This document shows positions 8,648-18,383 of a stretch of 64,000 nt of DNA, one piece after another. Positions within the stretch are counted from its first letter, which is position 1. Every line of letters begins with the position of its first letter. The DNA lies in NCBI GenBank assembly GCA_963798845.1, contig CAWCUS010000006.1:256001-320000 (forward strand), in the 5' to 3' direction. The translations under genes were made by a program, and so were the position numbers. Source of the DNA: an uncultured Gemmatimonadales bacterium (GTDB lineage: Bacteria > Gemmatimonadota > Gemmatimonadetes > Longimicrobiales > RSA9). Below the pieces are notes generated by a model that made no database searches, had not been told where the DNA came from, and saw only the letters and a program-made list of their open reading frames with translations.

Positions 8648-11600
8648 CAGTCCTCCGCTCCTTCCACCGCGTCCTCCACAACGGGCTGCAGGTAGATGAT
8701 CGCCGATTGCGTGTTCAGCTCGTCGAACACGCGGAATCCGCGTCCGGACAGCGCCACCTGGACCACCCGTGAGCTCCGGTCCTTCATGTCGCCGAAGACA
8801 ATGGCGTTTCCCGGGCAGGTCTGGGCGCACGCCGGAACGATCTCGCCGTCGCGCACCACGCGGCCGTCCACCCTCGCCCTCCGCTCCGTCTCACGGATCC
8901 GCTGCACGCAGAACGTGCACTTCTCCATGATCCCCTTCTCCCGAACGGCCACGTCCGGGTTCAGCTGCCAGTTGAGCGGCTCCGGCCACTCGTAGCTGAA
9001 GAAGTTGAAGTAGCGGACCTTGTACGGGCAGTTGTTGGCGCAGTACCGCGTTCCCACGCAGCGGTTGTAGACCTGCCCGTTCAGCCCGTCCGGCGTGTGG
9101 TACGACGCGTACACCGGGCACACCGGCTCGCACGGCGCGTTGCCGCACTGCTGGCAGAGCATGGGGAGGAACTGGGTCCTCCGGGCGGCGCCGTCGTCGT
9201 CCAGCTCGAAGTACCGCTCGATCCGCATCCACTGGATCAGACGTCCCTGCGCCACCAGCTCCGGCCCTACCATCCCGATGTTGTTCTCCGCCTGGCACGC
9301 CGTCTGGCAGGCGCTGCACCCGATGCAACGCTCCAGGTCGATGGTCATGCCCCAGCGAGGCACGGCCTCCGTGTACTCGCCGTAGTGCGTGCCCGGCGGC
9401 GGGTAGTCCTGGGGCGCCGCTCCCATCGGCAGCGGCGCGAATCCGCCGGAGCCCTGGAGCTGGCGCACCTCTTCCTCGAGCGGGTGCGCGCGCCGGTGCT
9501 CGCGCGTCGACGTGATCCCCTCCCCTTGCCCCGGAGCGGCGACGCCCGCACCCGCGCCGGCTTCCGTCCGTTCGGCCGGCGCGACTTCGTGTCCTGCGGC
9601 TCCGGCGATGGCGCCGGCCGCCGCGACCCTCGCACCGTCCGCCGCCACGGCCTCCTCTACCGTCATCTTCTCCAGGACATCCCGGCCGCTCTCGGTCCGC
9701 TGCGTCGACGAGAACGGCTGCCGCTCCCATCGGCCTGTGGGCGTCACCGTGGCTCGCGCCTGGATCCAGGCCAGCGTCCCGGACCGCTCGTCGTATGTGG
9801 GTCCGAGGAGCCGGATCGGATTCACGCCCCGGTCTTTGGCGTAGCGCCCGAAGTGCTCGTGCCCCTGCCCGAGCTGGATCGCTACGGTGTCCTCGCGGAT
9901 CCCCGGGTGCCGCCACACCGGCAGCTCCGCGCTCCCGTTCGCCGTCTCCACGGTCACGATGTGACCGTCATCGAGACCCAGCTCGTCCGCGGCCCGCGGG
10001 TGGATCTCCAGCACCGACCCCCAGGTGTGCTTGGTGACCGGGTCCGGCAGCTCCTGCAGCCACGGCCGGTTGGCCAGACGCCCGTCGTAGAAGCGGTAGG
10101 AGGGATAGACGACGAGCGCGAAGTCCCCCTCACCCGCCAGCGGCACCGCTTCGGTCCGCAGCCCCGCCATGCTACCCGGGATGCTCGCCTGGGTCGCCGC
10201 CGGAGACGCGTACTCCGACGTCACCACCACGCCGTCGCCGAGCGCCTTCGTCCACCAGTCGTCGAAGCCGCCGGGGCCCCCGGTGCGGACCTGCAGCCCG
10301 TGCCATCGCTCGCGCAGGTAGTCGTAGTAGGTGGTCGCCCGGGTAGTCAGCGGCGGGCCCGCACGCCGGGCCACGGAAAGCAGCACGTCCCCGGTCTGCT
10401 TCGTATCGAAGACCGGCGTCATGACCGGCTGGATCAGCGAGTGCACGCCCGGCCGCGGCTCGTAATCGCCCCACGCTTCGAGAAAATGGTGATCCGGAAG
10501 GACCACGTGGGCCCGCGCCGCCGTGTCGTCCAGCCACGGAGAGAACGATGCCAGCAGCGGGACCTGCGACAGCGCCGCTTCCACCCGCTCACGGTCCGGC
10601 AGGTCGTAGAGCGGGTTGGGGCCGTGCACCAGCAGGATCGACACCCGCCCGGCGGCCATCTCCTCCACCAGCCCGGCCAGGTCCCGATGCGACGCCACTC
10701 CGGCCTGCCCCGGGCCGAGGCGGACCGTTCGACCCACGTTGCCGGCTGCTTCGTTCAGCGCCGCCACCGCAGCCGCGAGCGTCGTGGCCGCCTCGCCCGT
10801 CGTCCCCACGCCGGGGCCGACGGCCAGCGACCGGCCCCCGTTCGCGAACGCCGCAGCGGCCGCCTCGATCCGCTCCAGCGGGACACCCGCCGCTTCCGCC
10901 GCTCGCGCCGGATCCACCCCGCCGAGCATGCCGCCCGCGCCGCCACCCGTGCGGCCCGCCACCAGCCGCGCCATCGCCAGCGCCACCAGGTGCTCCGTCC
11001 CGGCACGCGCCGGCAGCCATTCGTCCGCGTTGAGGTCCGTGAGCGCCTGGTGCGGCGTCACCGAGATCAGTCGTCCGCGCCGGCCGTTGGCGTAGGCGTG
11101 GCTCTCCACCCACCCCCGCGAGTAGTCCACCGGTGAGAGCCACGTCTCCAGGAAGTCGGCACCGAACGTCACCACGACATCCGCCCGCGAGAAGTCGTGG
11201 ATCGGGAGCGCGTCCTCCCCGTAGAGCGCCTGGTACGCCGCCCGGATCGGGCCGTGGGAGAACGCGTCGAACTTCACGCGCCGCACGCCCATCGCCCCGC
11301 ACCACTCGTCCAGGAGCGCGTCCATGCTCCCGGGCTCGGGCCGGGTCAGGAACACCGCCTCGCCCGCGGCCTCCTGGAGCGCATCGGCGAGCGACTGCTC
11401 GGCCCGGTCCCAGCTCACCCGCGTCCAGCGGTCCGCATCCCGGATCAGTGCCTGCGGCACCCGGTCCGGGTCGTACAGGCCGTGCAGCGACGCCTGTCCC
11501 CTCGAACACAGCTTGCCGTGCGAGATCGGCGACGCCGGGCTCCCTTCCGCCTTCACCGCCCGCCCCTCGCGCGTGCGCACCGTCATCCCGCACCCGGCCG

Positions 11601-11871
11601 GACACTCGCGGCACGTGGTCCGATACCACGTCGACATCCCCGGGACCACGTCCTCCTGCTGGATCACGTACGGCAGGAGCCGGTCCGGCGCGTCCGAGCA
11701 GCCCGTCAGCGCGGCGCCCGCGCTCGCCACGCCGAGCACCTTGAGGAAGTCCCGCCGCTCCATGCCCGCCTCGCGCACCGCGGCCGCCCCCGCTTCGGTC
11801 ATCGAAGGCAAATCGCCCCCACTTCCATTCGTCACGTCTGTCTGTCTGCTGCGGTCGAGTTTGGAGCGCAT
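8647..11871 (-). CDS. actB: Alternative Complex III subunit B (molybdopterin-oxidoreductase-like domain fused to an Fe-S domain), Tat lipoprotein
   Basis: RRDFLK Tat motif and LTGC lipobox. Cys motifs CIGCSACQTAC, CQQCGNAPCEPVCP, CVGTRYCANNCPY and EKCTFC. The exact start is uncertain. Confidence 0.92.
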   Translation of the reverse strand: MRSKLDRSRQTDVTNGSGGDLPSMTEAGAAAVREAGMERRDFLKVLGVASAGAALTGCSDAPDRLLPYVIQQEDVVPGMSTWYRTTCRECPAGCGMTVRTREGRAVKAEGSPASPISHGKLCSRGQASLHGLYDPDRVPQALIRDADRWTRVSWDRAEQSLADALQEAAGEAVFLTRPEPGSMDALLDEWCGAMGVRRVKFDAFSHGPIRAAYQALYGEDALPIHDFSRADVVVTFGADFLETWLSPVDYSRGWVESHAYANGRRGRLISVTPHQALTDLNADEWLPARAGTEHLVALAMARLVAGRTGGGAGGMLGGVDPARAAEAAGVPLERIEAAAAAFANGGRSLAVGPGVGTTGEAATTLAAAVAALNEAAGNVGRTVRLGPGQAGVASHRDLAGLVEEMAAGRVSILLVHGPNPLYDLPDRERVEAALSQVPLLASFSPWLDDTAARAHVVLPDHHFLEAWGDYEPRPGVHSLIQPVMTPVFDTKQTGDVLLSVARRAGPPLTTRATTYYDYLRERWHGLQVRTGGPGGFDDWWTKALGDGVVVTSEYASPAATQASIPGSMAGLRTEAVPLAGEGDFALVVYPSYRFYDGRLANRPWLQELPDPVTKHTWGSVLEIHPRAADELGLDDGHIVTVETANGSAELPVWRHPGIREDTVAIQLGQGHEHFGRYAKDRGVNPIRLLGPTYDERSGTLAWIQARATVTPTGRWERQPFSSTQRTESGRDVLEKMTVEEAVAADGARVAAAGAIAGAAGHEVAPAERTEAGAGAGVAAPGQGEGITSTREHRRAHPLEEEVRQLQGSGGFAPLPMGAAPQDYPPPGTHYGEYTEAVPRWGMTIDLERCIGCSACQTACQAENNIGMVGPELVAQGRLIQWMRIERYFELDDDGAARRTQFLPMLCQQCGNAPCEPVCPVYASYHTPDGLNGQVYNRCVGTRYCANNCPYKVRYFNFFSYEWPEPLNWQLNPDVAVREKGIMEKCTFCVQRIRETERRARVDGRVVRDGEIVPACAQTCPGNAIVFGDMKDRSSRVVQVALSGRGFRVFDELNTQSAIIYLQPVVEDAVEGAED

Positions 11872-11878
11872 CGGGGCG

Positions 11879-12397
11879 TCAGTAGTGGCAGACGAAGCAA
11901 TCCGTGCGCACCCCCCGCTCCCGATGGCACTTCAGACACCACCCCATCCGCAGATCCTGCTGCTTCACGATCGTCGTCATCGCCTGGACCTGACCATGGC
12001 AGTCCTGGCACTCCAGGCTGTCCGCGTTCACGTGCACGTAGTGCGGAAAATGCACGTGGTCCGGAAGATCGTGGATCCGCACCCACGGAATGGGCTTCTT
12101 CGCGTTCCAGTACGCCGTCAGGATACGCACGCCCGGACTGTCCGCGGCAACCATCGGTACGCCGCCGGGGATGTGACACCCGGCGCACACCGACACCGGC
12201 GGTATTCCCGCGTCCACCGAGCGGTCCGCCGAGAAGTGGCAGTAAAGGCAGGGTATGTTGTTCTGGCCCGAGTGGATGTCGTGCGGGAACGGGATCGGCT
12301 GCTGAGCCTCATCGCCTCCCGTGAATGCCACGCCCGCCACCGCTCCGGCCGCAAGCAGCACCACGATCCCGACAGCTATGAGCGTCCCTCGTCCCAT
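11879..12397 (-). CDS. actA: Alternative Complex III pentaheme cytochrome c subunit A
   Basis: N-terminal TM anchor and five CxxCH motifs (CLYCH, CAGCH, CQDCH, CLKCH, CFVCH), plus QPIPFPH. Confidence 0.92.
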   Translation of the reverse strand: MGRGTLIAVGIVVLLAAGAVAGVAFTGGDEAQQPIPFPHDIHSGQNNIPCLYCHFSADRSVDAGIPPVSVCAGCHIPGGVPMVAADSPGVRILTAYWNAKKPIPWVRIHDLPDHVHFPHYVHVNADSLECQDCHGQVQAMTTIVKQQDLRMGWCLKCHRERGVRTDCFVCHY

Positions 12398-12639
12398 CCA
12401 CGATCCCCGTGAGGCGGCCCGATGTAGTAGGCCCGATTACAGCCTGCCGGCAATTTCCCCACCGGCTGGAGAGGCGGCAATATTGACACCGTGTTTTCCC
12501 CCACGCAACCCCGCTCCCCACCCGACACAACCGCTCTGCGAACTCTGCTGTCACGCCGCGCCAGCCCGACGCGTTAGATTCAAGGGCGACGGCACGCCGC
12601 CCCGGCTGGAAGAGAATCTCCCCCGCGTCTGGAGGCATC

Positions 12640-13131
12640 ATGGCAGGATCGACGGTCCGTGCTTCGCCCCACCGTCCCCGCTTGCGCACGGCGGCTGCGC
12701 CGCTGTGCGTGGTCCTGGCGATCGGTGCGAGCGCGTGCGGTGGATCGTGGCACGCCACCCCCGCCGCGGAGCTGGAGGGGAACGGGATCACGAACTCGGG
12801 CGGCGCCACCGTGATCACGGCGGAGGAGCTCCATACCGCGAGCGGGTCGGTCCTGCGGGCGCTGATGGGCAAGGTCCCGAACATGAAGGTGGAGTTCATC
12901 GGCACGGACCGGTGTCCGGCGATTGCGCTCCGCCGCGCGAAGGACTTTCACGGCTTCAACTTCCCCGACGTCTACCTCGACGGCACGCGGGCGACGAACA
13001 CGTGCATTCTCGACAATCTCCCTGCGGCCGAGCTGGACCGGGTGGAGATCTATCCCCAGGGCTTCACGGTCCGCCCCGGTTACGGGACGAGCACGCACGG
13101 GCTGATTCTCCTTTTCAGTCGGACAGCGTAG
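12640..13131 (+). CDS. Small lipoprotein resembling a stand-alone TonB-dependent receptor plug domain
   Basis: SD ggagg before the ATG and lipobox ASAC. Plug-like motifs VITAEEL, VYLDG, LDRVEIY and YG...GLILL. No beta-barrel. Confidence 0.7.
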   Translation: MAGSTVRASPHRPRLRTAAAPLCVVLAIGASACGGSWHATPAAELEGNGITNSGGATVITAEELHTASGSVLRALMGKVPNMKVEFIGTDRCPAIALRRAKDFHGFNFPDVYLDGTRATNTCILDNLPAAELDRVEIYPQGFTVRPGYGTSTHGLILLFSRTA

Positions 13132-13164
13132 CGGGCGCGAGAACGCGCCGCACCCTCTTCCCGA

Positions 13165-13204
13165 GAAACCGAAACCGCCCCCCGGCGCATGGCCAGGGGG
13201 CGGT
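13165..13204 (-). terminator. Intrinsic terminator after susD (may act in both directions)
   Basis: Minus strand has a 12-bp stem, accgccccctgg / ccggggggcggt with one G-U pair, followed by ttcggtttctc. Lies between convergent genes. Confidence 0.7.
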
Positions 13205-13232
13205 CGATCAGCGGATCAGCGCTGCCCGAACG

Positions 13233-14870
13233 TCAGCAGCCGCCTCCCGGGTAGGGCGACGGATCCCACCAGACGGTCCCGCAATAATTCCCGTCGGTGT
13301 TCTGCTCGGAGATCGCCGCCTGGAGGTTGCCGTTGTTGAGCGACTGTTCCAGGCTGGGATACGGAATCCGACCAGGGATGAACTGGATCGTAGCATCCTC
13401 GGAAGGAACGATCTCGTCGGGGTAGCCGGTCCTCCGGTACTCGGAGTAGGCCTCCCACGGCATGGTGTAAAGCGCCAGCCACTTCTGGTCGATGATCTTC
13501 TCCAGGTCCGTGGTGGCGTTGCCCGTCAGGGCTACTGTCGGCTGCGCCAGGTAGGCGTCCTGGACGGCCGTGCCCAGGTCCACCGGTGCGTCCGTGGAGG
13601 CGACGGTGACGCCGTTCCACAGCTCGAACGCCTGGCGGATCCCCGCCTCGTAGTAGTCGGCCGCGCTGCCGCCGACGCTCCACCCGTTGAGGGCGGCCTC
13701 GGCCAGCAGGAAATTGACTTCCGCCGCGGTCATGATGTACTGCGGCGTGGCCGGGTCGGCTCGGAAGTGCCGACCGATCCGGGAGATGAGCGACAGCTTG
13801 GGCACGCTCCCGTTGGCGATGCCGTTCCGCTCACCGCGATACACGAACCCGTTGTACGTGACCTGGCAGGGCAGCTGCCCCGCGCCACCGCACCACGAAG
13901 CCGTGAAATCGGTGGTCTGGTCGGACGCCGGATTGGCGTACACCTCGATGCGCGGATCGTTGTACATGTCGAGGATGCCCACCAGCGTGTTGCTGACCGC
14001 GTGGTCATCCCGCGACCCACCGCCGCCCAGCGAGCCGGCAGCGTTCTCGTAGTAAGGGTTCTGATAAGGAGGCGAAGCCTGGTACACCAGCCCCGCGTTG
14101 TCATCGTTCGTGAGGATCAGCGGCTGACTGGCCACCGCCTCGACGATGCTGCGCGCGCCCGCCGGGTCCACGTCCGACATCCGCATGGCGAGCCGGAGCC
14201 GGAGCGAGTTCGCGAACTTGATCCACTGGCTCATGTCGCCGCCGTAGAACAGGTCCGCGTCCGAGAACGACCCGGCGCCCGGATTCATCATCCCGACCGC
14301 CGTCTGCAGCTCGTTCAGCAGCTGCCCGTACAGCTCCTGCTGCGGGTCGTACACCGGCGTCGTGATCGGCTCCTCCGCATCCGCCTGAAGCGCTTGCGAG
14401 TAGGGGATGTCCCCGTACAGGTCGGTCAGGATCGAAGCCGTGTACGCCTTCCCGACCATGCCCATGGCTGACTGATTGTCGCCCTTGGCCTGGTCGCCTT
14501 CCTCGGCGGTCTGCTGTCCCTTCTTGATGACCACCGCCCAGTCCTTCAGCGGACCGGCGTACACCCCGTTCCAGAGGTTGTTGATGATGGCATCACGCAG
14601 CTCGTACTGGTCCTCTTCCGTGTACTGGATCTTTGCCCAGTGCTGCACGAAGATGCCGGTCATCTCCAGCGTGATCCAGGTGTTCTGGCCCCCGAACTCC
14701 ACCGTCTGCTGGATCGCGTTCGGCAGCAGGTACTGCGCCGGCACGTCCGTCGGTGCGTTCGGGTTGTCGTTGACGTCCGCCAGCCCCTTGTCGCAGGCGC
14801 CCGTGCTGAGCGCCACGCCAAGGATCGCTGCGGCCGTTATCGTATACCGTTTCATGTTCATCCTCGTCAT
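13233..14870 (-). CDS. SusD/RagB family outer-membrane nutrient-binding lipoprotein
   Basis: Lipobox TGAC, then NDNPN, TDLYGDIPYSQA, WIKFANSLRLR, QKWLAL and EYRRTGYP. The start may be MKRYTI. Confidence 0.92.
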   Translation of the reverse strand: MTRMNMKRYTITAAAILGVALSTGACDKGLADVNDNPNAPTDVPAQYLLPNAIQQTVEFGGQNTWITLEMTGIFVQHWAKIQYTEEDQYELRDAIINNLWNGVYAGPLKDWAVVIKKGQQTAEEGDQAKGDNQSAMGMVGKAYTASILTDLYGDIPYSQALQADAEEPITTPVYDPQQELYGQLLNELQTAVGMMNPGAGSFSDADLFYGGDMSQWIKFANSLRLRLAMRMSDVDPAGARSIVEAVASQPLILTNDDNAGLVYQASPPYQNPYYENAAGSLGGGGSRDDHAVSNTLVGILDMYNDPRIEVYANPASDQTTDFTASWCGGAGQLPCQVTYNGFVYRGERNGIANGSVPKLSLISRIGRHFRADPATPQYIMTAAEVNFLLAEAALNGWSVGGSAADYYEAGIRQAFELWNGVTVASTDAPVDLGTAVQDAYLAQPTVALTGNATTDLEKIIDQKWLALYTMPWEAYSEYRRTGYPDEIVPSEDATIQFIPGRIPYPSLEQSLNNGNLQAAISEQNTDGNYCGTVWWDPSPYPGGGC

Positions 14871-14879
14871 CGGGTGCCG

Positions 14880-17800
14880 TTACGGCCGCACGGTCACGGT
14901 GAAGCCGATGCTCCGAGCCGTTGGGAACTGACCGAACTCGAGGCCCTGGACGTTGCCCGCGCTGAACGCGGTCTCCGGGTCGATGTTCGGCATGTCCGTC
15001 CACAGCGCCAGGTTTCGGCCGATCAGGGCGATGTCCGCCGAGCCGAAGCCCAGCTTGGTCACCCACGAATTCGGCAGCCGGACGCCCAGCTTCAGCTCGC
15101 GCAGCTTGACGTAGCTGGCGTCGTGGATATAAGGCTCATGGCCCGGATACGACCCCTCGAAGTAGTCCTGCGGGCACGCGGCCACCGCGTTTGCACCCGA
15201 GTTGTCCACCAGGTTGCCGTTCGCGTCGTAGTACGCCGAGTGGGGTACGACGATGCCCGGATCACACGGGCCGTTCTCACGTCCCAGGAGCGAGCCCTCG
15301 AGCACACCCGAGTACTCGCCGAACATGTTCGTCACGCTGTACACGTCACCGCCGTGCTGCATGTCGAACAGGACGCTGAGGTCGAAGCTCTTGTACGTGA
15401 ACCGGTTCAGCAGGCCGCCCGTCCAGTCCGGGTTGTAGTTGCCCAGCACCCGACGGTGCGCCGCGTCCTGCAGCGGCACGCCGCTCCCCGCGCTGACGAT
15501 CACACGTCCCTCGGGGTCGCCCACGCCGTCACCATCCAGGTCCTCGCGCAGCAGCGGAGTCCCGAACAGCGCACCGTACGGCTCGCCTTTCCGTGCCTCG
15601 ACGTTGAGCCCCCAGTACGTCCCGAGAACCAGCGTCTGCAGGTCGCCGTACAGGTCCACGACCTCGGAGTTGTTCTTGGCCCAGTTCACGGTCATGTCCC
15701 AGCGGAGCCCGTTCGGCTGCTTCACCGGCGTGAGGTTGGCCAGCAGCTCGTAGCCCCAGTTCCGGACCTCACCGGCGTTCAGCACCTGGTTGCGGTAGCC
15801 GCTCGTCGCCGAGATCTGGACCGGCATGATCTGGTTGATGGTCGTGTTGTCGTAGTACGTCAGCACGAAACCGACGCGCTCGTTGAGGAACCCGAGGTCC
15901 GTCCCCACCTCCCAAGCCGTGGTCTCCTCGGGCTTCAGCGTGGCGTTCGGCAGCGTGTTCGGCACCGAGAACAGCGGCAGGCCCCCGAACGGGTCGTTCG
16001 AGGTGAACGTGGCCAGCAGCTGGTACGGATCGGCGTCGTTGCCCACCCGCGTCCAGCTCGCCCGCAGCTTCCCGGAGGACAGCAGGCTGCTCTCGATCCC
16101 GAACGCGTCCGTGAAGACGAATGCGCCGGAAACCGACGGGTAGAAGTACGAGTTGTTGGCTTCCGGCAGCGTGCTCGACCAGTCGTTCCGGCCGGTCACG
16201 TCCAGGTTCAGGTAGTTCCGGAAGTTCAGCGTGGCCGCGCCGTAGAGGCTGTTGACCCGCTTCTTCTGGATGACGTCGTTCGTGCTCGGCGTGACGCCGG
16301 CATTGTCGAGCGTGTAGATGCCGGGGACCACCAGCTCCGACGCGCCATAGTTGGACAGGTGATACTCCTGATCCCGGCGGTTGCCGCCTGCGTTCACCGT
16401 CAGCGACAGGTCCGACGTGAGGTTCCGCGTGCCGGTGACCAGGAAGTCCGTGTTCGTCTCACGGTTGAAGATCTCGTCGTGCGCGAAGGCGCCACGCGGG
16501 TTCTCGCCGCCGTACGTGCCCCACGCGTAGTTGCGCTGACGGGACTCCTGGTACCAGTCCGTGCCGGAGCGCACCGTTGCGGTGAGCCAGTCCGTGAAGT
16601 CGTAGCTCAGCAGCGCGTGCCCGAGCACGTGGTCCGTCACGGCGTCGTTCGTGTTCTCGTACGCCTCGACATACGGATTGTCGTGGTACGAGTAGTTCCA
16701 GTTGTAGTAGTCGTTGCCCAGCACGCAGCCGGGACGCGTATCGCCCGCCACGCACTTGTAGTTGGACAGGGAGGCCACGTCGACCTGCCGACCGAACCAG
16801 ATGAACTGCTGCATCACGTTCGTGCCGGTGTAGCCCGTCGCTGGCAGGTTCGCCACGTCGTTCTTCATGTAGTCGATGGCACCCTCGGCCCGCATCCGGT
16901 CGGTGACATCCAGCCCGCCGGCCAGTGAGGCGCCGAGCCGATTGATCTCGTTGTTCGGGTACATGCCGTTCTGCTGCATGTTGGTCACGGATAGACGCAC
17001 GTTGCTCCGCTCGTCGCTGCGCGCGATCGCCACGTTCGTGTTCACCGTCACACCCGTCTCGAAGAAGTCACGGACGTTGTTCGGGTGCGGGCACCACGGC
17101 TGGTTCTTCCCGCTGAACTGGTCCACCAGCGTGTCACAGCTCAGCGCCGGGCCCCAGCTCTCGTCCATGCCGTCCGCCACGCCGCCCCAGTTGCCGTCCA
17201 CCCATTCGAACTGGCCGCTCGAGCCCTGGCCGTACTTGTTCTGGTAGTCCGGCAGGCGCAGCGGCGTGTCGAACATGGTCGACACGGTGGCGCTGATCCC
17301 GAGACCGGCACCGTGATAGCCCTTCTTCGTCGTGATGACCACGGCGCCGTTCGCGGCCCGCGAGCCATAGAGCGCAGCGGCGTTCGGGCCCTTCAGCACC
17401 GAGATCGACTCGATGTTGTTCGGATCGAGGTCGCCCGCACGGTTGGCGTAATTGTAGCCGCCACCCGTCGCGTTGCTGCTGCCGTTGTTCGAACTCGAGC
17501 TGTTGTCGATCGGGATGCCATCGACCACGAACAGCGGCTGGTTGTTGCCGTTGATCGAGCTCGCGCCGCGGATCACGATGCGCGACGCGCCGCCCGGGCC
17601 GGCCGTGTTCGTGATGTGCACCCCCGCCACGTTGCCGTGCAGGGCGTCCACCACGTTCAGCTTCGGCACTTCCGAAATCTGCTCCGCGCTCACGTCCTGC
17701 ACGGAGTAGCCGAGGCTGCGCTTCTCGCGCTGAATCCCCAGCGCCGTCACCGTGATGCCTTCGAGGCCGATCGCTTCACGGCTCATCGTCACGTTGACCA

Positions 17801-18074
17801 CCGGACCGGTGATCTCGCGCTCCATCGTGCGATAACCGAGATAGCTGAAGACCAGCTCGCCGGAACCCGCGGGGACGCGAACGGCGAAATTGCCGTTCCC
17901 GTCTGACAGCGTGCCTACCGTGGTACCCTTCACCACGATCTGCACGCCCGCGAGCGGCTGCCCCGAGTCCTCGGCCGTCACCTGGCCGGTCACCCGGTTT
18001 TCCTGGGCGCTCAGCCACGTCGGCACTGCGAGCAGTGCCGCGATGGCGAGAGTCCGCCGCAGCTTGGAATACAT
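14880..18074 (-). CDS. SusC/RagA family TonB-dependent outer-membrane transporter
   Basis: N-terminal carboxypeptidase-regulatory-like domain, plug motifs PLFVVDG and LKGPNAAALYGSRAANG, then RNDWSSTL and YFYPSVS. Start MYSKLRR has SD ggagga. Confidence 0.95.
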   Translation of the reverse strand: MYSKLRRTLAIAALLAVPTWLSAQENRVTGQVTAEDSGQPLAGVQIVVKGTTVGTLSDGNGNFAVRVPAGSGELVFSYLGYRTMEREITGPVVNVTMSREAIGLEGITVTALGIQREKRSLGYSVQDVSAEQISEVPKLNVVDALHGNVAGVHITNTAGPGGASRIVIRGASSINGNNQPLFVVDGIPIDNSSSSNNGSSNATGGGYNYANRAGDLDPNNIESISVLKGPNAAALYGSRAANGAVVITTKKGYHGAGLGISATVSTMFDTPLRLPDYQNKYGQGSSGQFEWVDGNWGGVADGMDESWGPALSCDTLVDQFSGKNQPWCPHPNNVRDFFETGVTVNTNVAIARSDERSNVRLSVTNMQQNGMYPNNEINRLGASLAGGLDVTDRMRAEGAIDYMKNDVANLPATGYTGTNVMQQFIWFGRQVDVASLSNYKCVAGDTRPGCVLGNDYYNWNYSYHDNPYVEAYENTNDAVTDHVLGHALLSYDFTDWLTATVRSGTDWYQESRQRNYAWGTYGGENPRGAFAHDEIFNRETNTDFLVTGTRNLTSDLSLTVNAGGNRRDQEYHLSNYGASELVVPGIYTLDNAGVTPSTNDVIQKKRVNSLYGAATLNFRNYLNLDVTGRNDWSSTLPEANNSYFYPSVSGAFVFTDAFGIESSLLSSGKLRASWTRVGNDADPYQLLATFTSNDPFGGLPLFSVPNTLPNATLKPEETTAWEVGTDLGFLNERVGFVLTYYDNTTINQIMPVQISATSGYRNQVLNAGEVRNWGYELLANLTPVKQPNGLRWDMTVNWAKNNSEVVDLYGDLQTLVLGTYWGLNVEARKGEPYGALFGTPLLREDLDGDGVGDPEGRVIVSAGSGVPLQDAAHRRVLGNYNPDWTGGLLNRFTYKSFDLSVLFDMQHGGDVYSVTNMFGEYSGVLEGSLLGRENGPCDPGIVVPHSAYYDANGNLVDNSGANAVAACPQDYFEGSYPGHEPYIHDASYVKLRELKLGVRLPNSWVTKLGFGSADIALIGRNLALWTDMPNIDPETAFSAGNVQGLEFGQFPTARSIGFTVTVRP

Positions 18075-18383
18075 AAGTCCTCCAGGGAAAGGAAACTCGT
18101 TTGGAGAGGCGGCTTCTGCTTCCGACTCCTGCGGGAGACCCCGACTCCCGGCGATCGAATCGTCGACACGCGCCGCCCCGGGCGGTCTCGATTCGGATTC
18201 CGGACGCCACCGGCAATGCCTCCGGGTGCGGGTGTTCGGTGGGACACCCTTCGGTCGCCCGCTCCTGCAGTGGCAGCTGCTCGTGGAACGGTGTCGGCGC
18301 GGTTCCTTTGGGGAGGCTCGATCGAGATCGAGCCCTTTCAACATGGGGTTTGGTAGCGCTCCGGCCCTGGCGACCTCCTTGCT

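Noticed and set aside
12483..12511. Perfect TTGACA -35 element in the actA/plug intergenic region
   Set aside because: No credible -10 hexamer at 16-18 nt spacing, so it was not called as a promoter.
18075..18344. 90-aa N-terminal extension of SusC
   Set aside because: The SD ggagga and the signal peptide point to ATG 18074.
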